64,000 nucleotides of DNA from Alphaproteobacteria bacterium (GTDB taxonomy: Bacteria > Pseudomonadota > Alphaproteobacteria > Bin95): contig OZ219785.1 of NCBI GenBank assembly GCA_964291285.2, positions 1,088,001-1,152,000 of the forward strand. Reading direction: 5' to 3'. How positions within the stretch are numbered: position 1 is the stretch's first letter; each line of letters opens with the position of its first letter. Positions 10,710 through 20,537 of the stretch are shown piece after piece. The notes under the pieces are model-generated. The model was not told the origin of the DNA and did no database searches. It saw only the letters and a program-made list of their open reading frames with translations. The position numbers and the translations under genes were made by a program.

Positions 10710-10961
10710 ATGAAGGCGCCGGCCGGGGGAGGAAACCGGGCGGCGGCGAAGGACTTCGCCAGCGACGCCATCGAGCGGAAGCTGGAGGAGGTGCAGGAGG
10801 GGCTGGCCTATTTCAACCAGCGTCACGACGCGGTTCTCCGGGAGCTCAAGCGTCTTGAGGCGACGGTCAACAAGGCTATCGAAACCGCTCGCATGGTCGC
10901 GATCGTGACGGTCATCGCCCTGCTCGCCTTCGTGTTCGCGCTCGCGCTGCCCGGAGGCTGA
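10710..10961 (+). CDS. Small coiled-coil protein with C-terminal membrane helix
   Basis: Heptad-like stretch then hydrophobic tail; start uncertain. Confidence 0.5.
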   Translation: MKAPAGGGNRAAAKDFASDAIERKLEEVQEGLAYFNQRHDAVLRELKRLEATVNKAIETARMVAIVTVIALLAFVFALALPGG

Positions 10962-10987
10962 CCCGCCGGCCGCGGGCGGAGTGTGCG

Positions 10988-11200
10988 ATGTCAGAGATCA
11001 TCTTCGAGGTCAGCGAAGACGAACCGGACGGCGGCTATTCGGCAAGCGCGCCGGGTTTCGGCATCCACACCGGGGGCGAGACCCTGGACGAACTCCGCCG
11101 CAACGTCCGGGAAGCGGTGGACTGCTGCTTCGACGAAAGCATGGACGGGTCACGGTCGATATGGCTGCACTATGTGAAGGACGAGGTCCTTGTCGCGTGA
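10988..11200 (+). CDS. HicB-like antitoxin
   Basis: EIIFEV.ED..DGGY.A.A.G..I.T.GETL.ELR.NVREAV.C.F. Confidence 0.75.
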   Translation: MSEIIFEVSEDEPDGGYSASAPGFGIHTGGETLDELRRNVREAVDCCFDESMDGSRSIWLHYVKDEVLVA

Positions 11201-11226
11201 GGCTCCCTCGGGACGTAATCGGCGCC
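11197..11226 (+). pseudogene. HicA-like toxin 5' remnant
   Basis: GTGA overlap gives M-RLPRDV.G, resembling a HicA N-terminus; similarity is then lost. Confidence 0.5.
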
Positions 11227-11281
11227 GTACCCGGCACCAGGGCATCGGCGTCCCGGAACTGCTCCGCAGGCTCGATCTGCG

Positions 11282-11599
11282 TTAGCCCGCCATCGCCGCT
11301 CCCCGCGCAGCCTCGACCCGGAGCGTGACCCGCAGGCGGTCGTCGAGCGCGGCCAGCATCTTCATCAGCCGGTCCAGCGTGAACCGCCCCAGGTCGGCGT
11401 TGCGGATGCGCGAGAAGTCCGCGGCGGCGAAGCCGGTCAGGGCGGCGGCCTTCCGGACCGACAGCCCGCGCTCGTCCAGCACCGCGACGATGCGGGCCGC
11501 GAGGATCGCCTTGGCCTGCTTCAGGTCCGCATCGGGGTCGCCAAGGTCGCGGAATACATTGCCGCTGCCCTCGACCAATTCGAAATCGCTCTCGCTCAC
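11282..11599 (-). CDS. XRE/HigA-like HTH antitoxin
   Basis: GSGNVFRDLG.PDA, AADFSRIRNADLGRFT.DRL; no adjacent toxin. Confidence 0.8.
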   Translation of the reverse strand: MSESDFELVEGSGNVFRDLGDPDADLKQAKAILAARIVAVLDERGLSVRKAAALTGFAAADFSRIRNADLGRFTLDRLMKMLAALDDRLRVTLRVEAARGAAMAG

Positions 11600-11804
11600 G
11601 GTCTCAATTCCCTTCCCACTAACCGCACTATGACCGGGGCCTCTACCAAAGGTTTTCATCTTTCGGACATCCAACACACCCAAATCACCCCCTACCTGCA
11701 AGAACCTTGCTCAACACAAAAGAAAGTCGAACACAATTCGTCCCGCTTGACAACCGGCTGGCGATCATCGTTATTATCTTGCCAGCTAAACGCTGAGGAA
11801 TCCA

Positions 11805-12632
11805 ATGTCCGAGAATGCGTACTCAGATCTCGCGAAATATTATGGCGCACTCGCTGAACAATTGGCCAGCGAAGCAAGGCAAGCTGACCTTCTTAGAAAT
11901 CCTACTGCGATTGGAACTGACCGAGAAGAGATTTACCGGCGATTTCTGGAGCGCCATGTTCCAAAATCGTGTGAAGTTTTTCGCGGTGGATATATATTTG
12001 ATTTAAGCGGAAATAGGTCCAAACAGATAGACGTCATCGTCACCTCTGGAACGACTCCCAGGTTTGAAATGGGCAGTGGGAACCAAGCGATTGCGCCACT
12101 AGAAGGCACGTTAGCGATTGCAGAAGTTAAATCGAACCTGAACAAGAAAACTTTATATGAAGCATTGGATAATTTTGCACATTTGCCTGTAAATTATAAC
12201 CCCGATCAGGCACTAAATCCGGCCTTAATACCGCCTCGTCATGAACGATTTTGGGATTTGCCCTTTAAGATCATATTCGCCACCAATGGTATTGAAAAAA
12301 CAACACTATATCAACACTTGCGTAACTTCTACGATGACAACCCATCTATCAGACAGGAACGAAAGCCAAGCATAATACATGTGCTTGGGAAATATATTTT
12401 CATGCGAATTACTCCAGATATAGGAACGACAGGACCGGACGGATTAACAATTGACATTCAACCACAATTAGGGGATTATCGGTGGTTTGATGCTTACTGC
12501 GATCTTTCTGCCATGCTGGTCATATTTTCCAAGATACAATCCAACGCATTTATTGCTCCGCACATGATCTGGAAATATGAAAATATGATTAATCCAATAA
12601 TCGAGGAAGCGCGAAAAATCGCAACCAACTAA
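11805..12632 (+). CDS. DUF6602-like PD-(D/E)xK nuclease-fold protein (AT-rich)
   Basis: G..RE.I...FL, S.QIDVIV ... AEVKS; AT-rich relative to flanks. Confidence 0.7.
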   Translation: MSENAYSDLAKYYGALAEQLASEARQADLLRNPTAIGTDREEIYRRFLERHVPKSCEVFRGGYIFDLSGNRSKQIDVIVTSGTTPRFEMGSGNQAIAPLEGTLAIAEVKSNLNKKTLYEALDNFAHLPVNYNPDQALNPALIPPRHERFWDLPFKIIFATNGIEKTTLYQHLRNFYDDNPSIRQERKPSIIHVLGKYIFMRITPDIGTTGPDGLTIDIQPQLGDYRWFDAYCDLSAMLVIFSKIQSNAFIAPHMIWKYENMINPIIEEARKIATN

Positions 12633-12781
12633 GGATTGAACCGCAACTGGCGCTATCCGCCTGCGCCGCACGGTTATCGGCCATTGCGCGGCCCCCCTCG
12701 CACTATAGGGCGGCGGCAATCCGCTTGCATCGGGGCCCGCAGGATGTAGTTTCGCCGCCGCCCCCGCTGCGGAGCCCGCCC

Positions 12782-13045
12782 GTGACCGTCACCACCGTCA
12801 CCAGCCGCGAACTCGACCGGAACGCCGGCCGCGCGAAGCGGGCCGCGAAGGCCGGGCCGGTGTTCATCACCGACCGGGGCCGGCCCGCCTATGTGCTGCT
12901 CGGCATCGAGGACTACCGGCGGCTGGCCGGCGGGCGCCGCAGCCTGCTGGACATGCTGTCCATGCCGGGGCTGGCCGACATCGGTTTCGAGCCGCCGCGC
13001 GCCCGCATCGAAAGCCGCCCGCCGGCGCTATCGTGCGCGGAATGA
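12782..13045 (+). CDS. Phd/YefM family antitoxin
   Basis: TTVTSRE....G.AKRAA..GPVFITDRGRPAYVLL.IEDY. Confidence 0.85.
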   Translation: MTVTTVTSRELDRNAGRAKRAAKAGPVFITDRGRPAYVLLGIEDYRRLAGGRRSLLDMLSMPGLADIGFEPPRARIESRPPALSCAE

Positions 13046-13122
13046 CGGCCGTCACGCGGGACGTTGCCGGTTTCGAGGCGACCGGCGTCCGGCTCGTGAA
13101 TCCCTGGGCAGACAGGCGGTAG
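13027..13122 (+). pseudogene. VapC/PIN toxin C-terminal remnant
   Basis: AIVRGMTAVTRDVAGFEATGVRLVNPW resembles a PIN C-terminus; N-terminal portion missing. Confidence 0.7.
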
Positions 13123-13138
13123 AGAGGAGAACCCGGGC

Positions 13139-13297
13139 ATGGTCCGAAACGAGCGCACCGACCTGCGGCCCGGCGAAGCGGCGGAGCGGCGTATCGACGG
13201 GCGCGAAACCCTGGCGCTCGCCGGCGGGGACGCGGTGCGCTTCTTCGAGGCCCTCGCCGCACCGCCGCCGAACGACCGGCGCGTCGACTCCCGTTGA
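13139..13297 (+). pseudogene. DUF1778/TacA-like antitoxin remnant, internally deleted
   Basis: MVRNERTDLR joined to AAERRI...ETLAL...DA.RFFEALAAPPPNDR; RBS GAGGAG; no GNAT toxin follows. Confidence 0.55.
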
Positions 13298-13384
13298 CCC
13301 GGACGGCGGCGCAAATGCGGCAGGCTTGTAATATTCTCTAATTGTTCTAATTGCCGCCCCATCGACATAAAGGGAGCGGCGGCC

Positions 13385-13795
13385 ATGCCGAAAGCGTTTT
13401 CCGTGGATTTGCGACTTCGGGTCCTTGCGGCGGTGGAGAACGGGCTGACCTGCCGCAGGGCGGCGGAGATGTTCGGCGTGAGCAGAGCGGCCATCCTGAA
13501 CTGGCGCGCGCTCGAAAGGAGACGGGGCGGCGTGCAGCCGAAGCCGATGGGCGGCGACACGCGCTCCTGGCGCATCGAGGCCGAGCGCGACACGATTTTC
13601 GCGCTGCTGGAGAGGAACCCGAAACTCACGGCCTCCGCGCTGCGCCGGGCGCTCGAGGCGCGGGGCCTCGTCTTCAGCTACCATGCGGTGCAGAACTTCG
13701 CGAAGCGCAACGGCATCGAACTGGCGCGGGGCCCGGGCGGCCGCCGGAAGACCGGCGCATGGCAGCCGCCGGCACCAGCTTCCCGGCAGTCCTGA
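13385..13795 (+). CDS. IS630 transposase N-terminal HTH-like protein (no DDE domain)
   Basis: MPKAFSVDLR.RVLAAVE.G..CR.AA..FGVS...PKPMGGD.RS. Confidence 0.75.
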   Translation: MPKAFSVDLRLRVLAAVENGLTCRRAAEMFGVSRAAILNWRALERRRGGVQPKPMGGDTRSWRIEAERDTIFALLERNPKLTASALRRALEARGLVFSYHAVQNFAKRNGIELARGPGGRRKTGAWQPPAPASRQS

Positions 13796-14071
13796 TCCGG
13801 GAGGCTTTTCCCCATCGGGTGTGATGCCCGCCGCGCCAAACGCGGTGGGCAATCCTGCAGCCGGCGCGCGCACCTCTCCCGCATGGTCCCGCCCGCCGCG
13901 ACACCCGCTCCTCGTCCCGTGTGCGCCAAGGCGCCGCGCCTCAAGTCATAACCCGTTCCCGTTCGCCATGGGCCCGCATATAGCCCGGCCGCGGCCCGGT
14001 GTCAAGCAGTTGCAGGAAATAAATCTTCATGGGGGAACCCCGCGGCCGCTCATTCCGAGTAGAGTCGCCAT

Positions 14072-14280
14072 CCTTCGATACGCCCGCCGGAGGCGGGCTA
14101 CTCAGGATGACGGGGGAGGAACCCGGCGCCGTTCGGGACGAGGGGGGAGGTGAAGGCCGTCCGCTCATGCATCCCCCTCCTCATCCCGGGCAGCGCCTGC
14201 GCCGCACCCCCAACCCTCATCCTGAGTAGCGACCGCGTCAGCGGGCGCGTATCGAAAGCCTGTCCTGAGCTTGTCGAAGG
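14072..14280. repeat. REP-like palindromic cluster
   Basis: TTCGATACGC..CTACTCAGGATGA (14072-14110) inverted to TCATCCTGAGTAG..GCGTATCGAA (14217-14256), plus CCTGAGCTTGTCGAAGG. Confidence 0.7.
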
Positions 14281-14294
14281 GGACCGCCCCGCCG

Positions 14295-14678
14295 CTACCC
14301 GCCCGCAAGCAGTTCCGGCGCGGGCGCGATCACGGCGAAGACGGCGCCGGCGGGGTCCTGCAGCACCGCGATGCGGCCGACCTGCGGCACGTCGAACGCC
14401 GCCTGGCACACCTTGCCGCCGGCCTCCGCCGCCGCGGCCGCCACCGCATCGGCGTCCTCCACCCGGACATAGGGCATCCAGTGCGGCGGAATCCCCGGCT
14501 CCGGCGGGGCCATCGCGCCGCCGACGGGCATCCCGCCCCGCTTGAATTCGGTGTAGTCGCCGCCCGGCATCTCTGCCGTGTGCGCCTCCCAGCCGAAAAG
14601 CCTGCCGTAGAAGGCCTTGGCCCCCTCCACGTCCGGCGTCATCAGCTCGTTCCAGAAAAACCTGCCTGCTTCGCTCAT
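14295..14678 (-). CDS. VOC/glyoxalase family protein, in frame with upstream epmA
   Basis: FFWNELMTPDVE.AKAFYG.LFGW ... VGRIAVLQDPAGA.F; own GGAGAGGG RBS. Confidence 0.85.
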   Translation of the reverse strand: MSEAGRFFWNELMTPDVEGAKAFYGRLFGWEAHTAEMPGGDYTEFKRGGMPVGGAMAPPEPGIPPHWMPYVRVEDADAVAAAAAEAGGKVCQAAFDVPQVGRIAVLQDPAGAVFAVIAPAPELLAGG

Positions 14679-15722
14679 CCGTCCCTCTCCTTGTGCTTCC
14701 TCTTCGCGCGCCGCCGCAACGGGCGCCCAGAGCACGTCCTCGATACGGGCCGCGCCCACCGCCAGCATGGCCAGCCGGTCGAAGCCGAGCGCGATCCCGG
14801 CCGAGGACGGCATGCCGTGTTCGAGCGCGGAAAGGAAGTCCTCGTCGATGGGCAGATCGTCGCCGTGGAGCGCCCGCCTCTCGCGCGCGGCAGCCTCGAA
14901 GCGCCGGCGCTGCTCGGCGGCGTCGGTCAGCTCGCCGAAGGCGTTGGCGAGCTCCAGCCCGCCGACATAGATCTCGAAGCGCTCCGCCGTCCGCGGCTCG
15001 GCGGGATCGATGCGGGCGAGCGCCGCCATGCGTGCCGGCCATCCGTGCAGCACGGTCGGGCGCGCGAGGCCCAGATGCGGCTCTATGCGGTTGAGAAAGA
15101 GGCGGAAGAACAGGTCCTCCCAGCCGTCTTCGCCGCCGGGCTCCAGCCCCTCCGCCCGGCAGGCGGCGGCGAGCCGGGTCGTATCCGCCGCCAGCACGTC
15201 GAGGCCGAGCCGGTCCCGGAAAGCGGCCGCGACGGACAGCCGCTCGAAGGGCGCGGCGACCGGCACGCGCCGGCCGTTCCACCGGAGCTCCGGCCCCGCC
15301 AGCGCCAGCAGCGCCTCGCAGTCGGGGACGAGGTCGCGCCAGCCGGCGCCCGCGCGGTACCATTCCAGCAGGGTGAATTCGGGGTGGTGGGTCGCCGAGC
15401 GCTCGCCGTTGCGGAAGACGCGCGCGAACTGGAAGAGGCGCGGCTCGCCGGCGGCCAGCAGCTTCTTCATCGCGAATTCGGGCGAGGAGTGCAGGCGGAG
15501 CGCGCGGGACCGCCCGTCCGGCTCGTGCAACGCCGTCACGAAGGGCGCGACATGCACCTCCATGCCGGCGGCGACCTGGAGCGCGGGGGTCTCGACCTCG
15601 ACGAAGCCCTCGCCGTGAAACCAGTCGCGCATCCGCCTCAGCAGCGCCGCGCGCGCGAGCAGCGCCGGGCGGCGGGCGGCGTAGGCCCCGGGATCCCACC
15701 AGGGATTGTCCCGCGCGGTCAA
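14679..15722 (-). CDS. epmA: EF-P lysine aminoacylase EpmA/GenX (no stop before the VOC gene)
   Basis: LHSSPEFAMKKLLAAG, FRNGE....HHPEFT.LEWYR, ELANAFGELTD, GIALGFDRL; start approximate. Confidence 0.88.
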
Positions 15723-15821
15723 CGGCTTGCCCCCTGGCCGGCCGGGGCCGGTATGGACGGCGCCCGGCCGAGCGGGTAGCGTCCGGCGCGAACGACCATC
15801 CGAGGGAGCATCCGGGAGCCC

Positions 15822-17030
15822 ATGAACGATATCGCCATCAATGCCGAGAACCTCTGGCGGCTGGAAACGCCGGGCCACGAAGGCTGGACGCGGACCGCGC
15901 GCGCCGGCGACCCGAAGAAATACTACATGGTCTCGACCGACAGCCACGCCAACGAGCCGCCGGACCTCTGGGCCAAGCGCCTGCCGCAGGAATACCGCGA
16001 GCGCGCGCCCCGCGTCGTCACCGACGAGAACGGCGTGCAGTGGCGCTATTGCGAGGGCTACCGGCCGGACCGCATCCGCATCATGAGCTTCGAGGGCGAG
16101 GACTGGGTGCGCTCGCAGGCGGGCGCCGACCCCGAGGGGCGCATCCGCGACAATGAGAGCGACGGCATCGACGCCGAGATCATCTTCCCGAACAAGGGCC
16201 TCGCCATGTGGGCGACGCCCGACCCGGTGTTCGCCAACGCGCAGTGCAGGGTCTGGAATGACTGGGCCTGGGAGCAGTTCGGCGCCTGGCCGGAGAAGAT
16301 GGTGCCCGTGGCGGCCGTCGCGACCGGCGACCTCGACGGCACGCTCGCCGAGATCGAGCGCTGCGCAAAGCTCGGCTACAAGGCGCTCACGCTCCCCTGC
16401 AAGCCCATCTGGGGCGGGCACGACGTCGATCACGTCAACTACAACCTGCCGCACTTCGACCCGCTCTGGGCGCTGGTGGAAGAGACCGGGATGCCGGTCA
16501 CCTTCCATGTCAGCACCGGGCGCGACCCGCGCGCCTCGCGGGGCAATGGCGGGGCGGTCATAAACTATGTGACCCACTCGCTGTCGCCGACCATCGAGCC
16601 GGTGGCGAACCTCTGCGCTTCGGGCGTGCTGGAGCGCTTCCCGAAAATCCGCTTCGCCACCATCGAGGCCGGCATCGGCTGGGTGCCGTGGCTGCTCGAC
16701 GCGATGGACGAGGCCTACCGCAAGCACCATATGTGGGTGCGCCCGAAGCTGCAGGGCCTGCCGTCCGACTATTACCGCGCGCATGGCTACGCCACCTTCC
16801 AGGAAGACCCGGCGGGCCTGGCGCTCGCGAAGGACTGGGGCCTTTCCGGCAACTTCATGTGGGCGAACGATTATCCCCACCACGAGGGCACCTGGCCGCA
16901 TTCCGGCGAGGCCATCGAGCGCACCATGGGCGGGCTCGACGAGGGCGACCGGGCGAAAATCCTCGGCCTGAACGCGGCGAAGCTGTTCGGGCTGACGGTG
17001 CCGGAGCATATGCGGCCCGCCAGCGCGTGA
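15822..17030 (+). CDS. Amidohydrolase family protein
   Basis: STDSHANEP, VTFHV, EAGIGW, WANDYPHHEG. Confidence 0.88.
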   Translation: MNDIAINAENLWRLETPGHEGWTRTARAGDPKKYYMVSTDSHANEPPDLWAKRLPQEYRERAPRVVTDENGVQWRYCEGYRPDRIRIMSFEGEDWVRSQAGADPEGRIRDNESDGIDAEIIFPNKGLAMWATPDPVFANAQCRVWNDWAWEQFGAWPEKMVPVAAVATGDLDGTLAEIERCAKLGYKALTLPCKPIWGGHDVDHVNYNLPHFDPLWALVEETGMPVTFHVSTGRDPRASRGNGGAVINYVTHSLSPTIEPVANLCASGVLERFPKIRFATIEAGIGWVPWLLDAMDEAYRKHHMWVRPKLQGLPSDYYRAHGYATFQEDPAGLALAKDWGLSGNFMWANDYPHHEGTWPHSGEAIERTMGGLDEGDRAKILGLNAAKLFGLTVPEHMRPASA

Positions 17031-17977
17031 CGGCGGTCATCCGCGTCCGGCCCGGCTGCGCGGGACCGGCCGCCGAAGAGGAGGCCGTCGGGCCGCCCGG
17101 CCCCGGCGAGGTGCAACTGCGCCAGACCGCCATGGGCCTCGACCGCTGCGGCCTGGAGCCGCCGGAGGCCGGCGCCGCTTTCGTCCCCGGCTTAGCGGCA
17201 GCCGGCACGGTCGAAGCGGTGGGCGCGGGCGTCGAAGGCGTCCGGCCCGGCGACCGGCTGGCCTATACCGACCTGCCGGGCGCCTGGCGCGCGGTCCGCA
17301 ACGTCCCGGCGGGCCGGCTGGTCCCGGTCCCGGACGACATCGACGACGCGACCGCCGCGGCCGTCATCCGCCGGGGCCTCGCCGTCCACTACCTGCTGCG
17401 CCGGCTGCGCCGCGTGCAGCCCGGCGAGACCGTGCTGGCGGTGGGCGCGGCCGGCGGCGTCGGGCGGCTGCTCTGCCAGTGGGCGGCGGCCGTCGGCGCG
17501 GAGGTCATCGGCGCCGTCGGCAGTAGGGAGAAGGCCGGGATCGCACGGGCGAACGGGTGCAGCCATACGGTGCTGCACAGCCCGGAAGACCTTGCCCCGC
17601 AGATCCTCGGGATCACCGGGGGCCGGGGCGTGGATGCCGCCTATGACGCGGTGGGCGGCGGGACCTTCGCCCGCTGCCTCGACTGTCTGGCGCCCGCGGG
17701 CATGGCTGTCGGCTTCGGCGATGTCGCCGGGCCGCCTTTGCCCCTGGCCCTCCAGCGGCTGGAGGCGCACTCCCTCGTCGTAGCGCGGCCGACGCTTGCG
17801 GCCTGGATCGCCGATGGCGGCGACCTGCTGGCGGCCTCGGAGGAGCTGTTCGAGCTGGTCGGCGCCGGCAGGCTCAAGCCCGGCCCGGTGCGCCGCTTCC
17901 CGCTCGCCGAAGCCGGCGAGGCCATCCGCACCCTCCATGACCGGCGCAATGCCGACTATCTGGCGCTGACGGCGTGA
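17027..17977 (+). CDS. Quinone oxidoreductase (MDR family)
   Basis: GAAGGVG Rossmann motif, TGGRGVD..YD.VG; GTGA overlap. Confidence 0.8.
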   Translation: MTAVIRVRPGCAGPAAEEEAVGPPGPGEVQLRQTAMGLDRCGLEPPEAGAAFVPGLAAAGTVEAVGAGVEGVRPGDRLAYTDLPGAWRAVRNVPAGRLVPVPDDIDDATAAAVIRRGLAVHYLLRRLRRVQPGETVLAVGAAGGVGRLLCQWAAAVGAEVIGAVGSREKAGIARANGCSHTVLHSPEDLAPQILGITGGRGVDAAYDAVGGGTFARCLDCLAPAGMAVGFGDVAGPPLPLALQRLEAHSLVVARPTLAAWIADGGDLLAASEELFELVGAGRLKPGPVRRFPLAEAGEAIRTLHDRRNADYLALTA

Positions 17978-18006
17978 TGCCCGCCGAACAATACCGGAGA
18001 AACCCC

Positions 18007-18501
18007 ATGTTCCTCGACCACTTCAAGACCATGGCCGCCTACAACCGCTGGGCCAACGGGCGGCTCTACGACGCCTGCGCGGACCTCGGCGACGCGGAGC
18101 GCAAGCGGGACCGCGCGGCGTTCTTCGGCTCCATCCACAACACGCTCAACCATATCCTGGTCGGAGACCGCGCCTGGCTCGGGCGTCTCGAAGGGCAGGC
18201 CGACAGCGGAACCCCGCTCGACACCGTGCTGTTCGACGATTTCGACGAGCTGCGCCGCGCGCGCGACGCCGAAGACGACCGCATCGACCGCGTCCTCGCG
18301 GCGATGACCGAGGACCGGCTGGCGGGCGACCTCGCCTACAGCAATCTCGCCGGAACGCCGTTCCGCACCCCGATGCGGCTCGTGTGGACGCACATGTTCA
18401 ACCACGAGACCCATCACCGCGGCCAGGTCCACGACATGCTGAGCCAGGCCGGGGCCGCGCCGCCGGAGCTCGACCTGATCTACTATATCCGCTCGCTCTG
18501 A
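18007..18501 (+). CDS. DinB family protein
   Basis: YNRWAN, SIHNTLNHILVGD, FNHETHHRGQ. Confidence 0.88.
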   Translation: MFLDHFKTMAAYNRWANGRLYDACADLGDAERKRDRAAFFGSIHNTLNHILVGDRAWLGRLEGQADSGTPLDTVLFDDFDELRRARDAEDDRIDRVLAAMTEDRLAGDLAYSNLAGTPFRTPMRLVWTHMFNHETHHRGQVHDMLSQAGAAPPELDLIYYIRSL

Positions 18502-18555
18502 GCGGCGGCGGGCCGGCCTCTCGCACCGGCCGCGGCCGCACCCCATATTCCCCGG

Positions 18556-19527
18556 ATGGGCGATGTCGCGCCATATCTCGGGCCGGAGGAAGCCGACGCG
18601 GCGGTGCGCCGGGCGGTCGCGCGCTATATCCGGCGCCGCCGGCAGATGGCGCCCGGGTTCGTGCGGCGCAATTTCCGCCTGAGGGGAACGCTCGAACTCC
18701 ACCGCCGGGCAATCGGGCGGGACCTGCTGCGCGCGCCCGCCAACCTCGCGCTCGCCGGCCCCAATCTGGCCCTGGAGGGCGCTGCCCGGCTTGCCGAGCG
18801 CGGCGGCTACGAGGCCGCCGCCGCCGGGCTGCGCCGGGGGCGGAAGGTGTTCGTCACCGATGTCGCGCGCGAAATCGAGTGGCGGCTGTTCACCGAGTTG
18901 CTGGAACTGCCCTATGCGCAGCCCGGACGGACCTCGGAGCGGGATGCGCTCGCCGGGGAGATCGCCCGCGATCCCGCGGTGGGCGCCCTTCTGGACCGGC
19001 TTTCCTCCGCCGCCGCCGAGCCGGGCTTCCGGGCCTGGGCGGAACAGGCGGCGGCGAGTTACGGCGAGGCGCGTGTGGCGGTCGCCGAGCTTGCGGCCTC
19101 GCTCGTCTCCGCCGGCATCGGCGCCGCCGCCTTCCGGCAATGGACGCCGGGCGCGCTCTCGCTCGGTCCCGTGGCCGCACAGGCGCTGGCGCAGCAGGCG
19201 GCGATTGCGGGCTTTCCGCTCGGCGCGACCGCCGGCGGGCTCTGGTACGGCCTGTTCCCCGCCAAGGCCTCGACCGCCGCCATCGCCGGGCTCACCGGCG
19301 CGCTGGTGCTGCTGCCGGCCATGCTGACCGCCTTCGCCGGCGTGGCGGCCGACCCCGTGCAGGCGCGCCTCGGGATCCACGACCGCCGGCTCGCCCGCCT
19401 GCTTGACGCGCTCGAAGGCCGCCTGCTGGGCGAGGCCGGCCCCGGCTTCAACCCGCGCGAGCCCTGGGTCGCGCGCATTCTCGACCTCGCGGACCTGCTG
19501 AACCTCGCCCGCCGGGCAACGGGTTAG
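18556..19527 (+). CDS. Conserved hypothetical membrane-associated protein (DUF6635-like)
   Basis: HRRA.G.DLLRAP.N, DPVQ.RLG.H.RRL motifs. Confidence 0.65.
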   Translation: MGDVAPYLGPEEADAAVRRAVARYIRRRRQMAPGFVRRNFRLRGTLELHRRAIGRDLLRAPANLALAGPNLALEGAARLAERGGYEAAAAGLRRGRKVFVTDVAREIEWRLFTELLELPYAQPGRTSERDALAGEIARDPAVGALLDRLSSAAAEPGFRAWAEQAAASYGEARVAVAELAASLVSAGIGAAAFRQWTPGALSLGPVAAQALAQQAAIAGFPLGATAGGLWYGLFPAKASTAAIAGLTGALVLLPAMLTAFAGVAADPVQARLGIHDRRLARLLDALEGRLLGEAGPGFNPREPWVARILDLADLLNLARRATG

Positions 19528-20534
19528 CCGGGGGCCATGCCCCAGGCGCGGGCGATGAGTTCGTAGCTCCGCCGGCGGACGGTTTCGTCATGCGTCCAGG
19601 TGACGATGGCGATCTCGTCCACGCCGAGCTCCTCGCCGATGGCCGCGATCCGCTCGACCACATGCTCCGCCCGCCCCACGATGGCCTGCTCACGGAAGCG
19701 GGCGAGCCGGGCCGTCTCGCCGTCGCTGTATTCGTAGGCGGCGGCCTTTTCGGCGGACTCCAGCGGCAGGAACACGCCCCGGTCGCGGCCCAGACGCCAG
19801 CGCAGGCGGGGCCCGAAATGGAACTGAGCCTCCTCCTCGCTGTCGGCCGCCAGCGCCCATACGCAGATCGCGGAGTGCGGCTCCGGCCAGTCCGCGCTCG
19901 GCTTGTAATGCTCGCGGTAGAGGCCGAGCGCCTCCCTTGCCCCGCGCCCGTCGGTGAAGAACCAGGCGAAGGCGTAGGGCAGGCCGAACCAGGCCGCCAC
20001 CTGCGCGCCGTAGTTGGACGATCCCAGCAGCCATATCTGGGGCGCGGTGTCGCCCTGCGGGAAGGCGCCGAGCCTGCCGAACGGGTGGCCCTCCGGCAGC
20101 GGCTCGGCCCTGAGCCAGGCCTGGAGGTCGCGGATGTCGGCCGGAAACTCCGCCGGGCGCTCGTTGGCGCGCGGATTGAGGGCGAAGGCGGTCAGCCCGT
20201 CCGAGCCCGGCGCGCGGCCGAGGCCGAGGTCGATGCGCCCCGGCGCCAGCGCGTCCAGCACCCGGAACTGCTCCGCGACCTTGAAGGGCGCATAGTGCGG
20301 CAGCATCACCCCGGCGCTGCCGATGCGGATGCGCGAGGTCCGGGCCGCCATGCCGGCGACCAGGATTTCGGGCGCCGTCCCGACGATGGTCGGGTGGTTG
20401 TGGTGCTCCGAGACCCAGAAGCGGTCATAGCCGAGCCGCTCGCAATGCTCGGCCAGCGCGACGGTGTTGCGGATCGCCTCGCCCTGCGGGCGGCCCTCGG
20501 CGGCGATCGACTGGTCCAGAATGCCGAGACGCAA
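19524..20534 (-). CDS. Luciferase-like flavin-dependent monooxygenase
   Basis: FWVSEHH, RIGSAGVMLPHY, DLGLGRAPG, WLLGSS. Confidence 0.9.
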   Translation of the reverse strand: MRLGILDQSIAAEGRPQGEAIRNTVALAEHCERLGYDRFWVSEHHNHPTIVGTAPEILVAGMAARTSRIRIGSAGVMLPHYAPFKVAEQFRVLDALAPGRIDLGLGRAPGSDGLTAFALNPRANERPAEFPADIRDLQAWLRAEPLPEGHPFGRLGAFPQGDTAPQIWLLGSSNYGAQVAAWFGLPYAFAWFFTDGRGAREALGLYREHYKPSADWPEPHSAICVWALAADSEEEAQFHFGPRLRWRLGRDRGVFLPLESAEKAAAYEYSDGETARLARFREQAIVGRAEHVVERIAAIGEELGVDEIAIVTWTHDETVRRRSYELIARAWGMAPG

Positions 20535-20537
20535 GGC

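Noticed and set aside
30-18501. Two DinB genes as a recent duplication
   Set aside because: Diverged paralogs of a commonly multicopy family; no shared flanks
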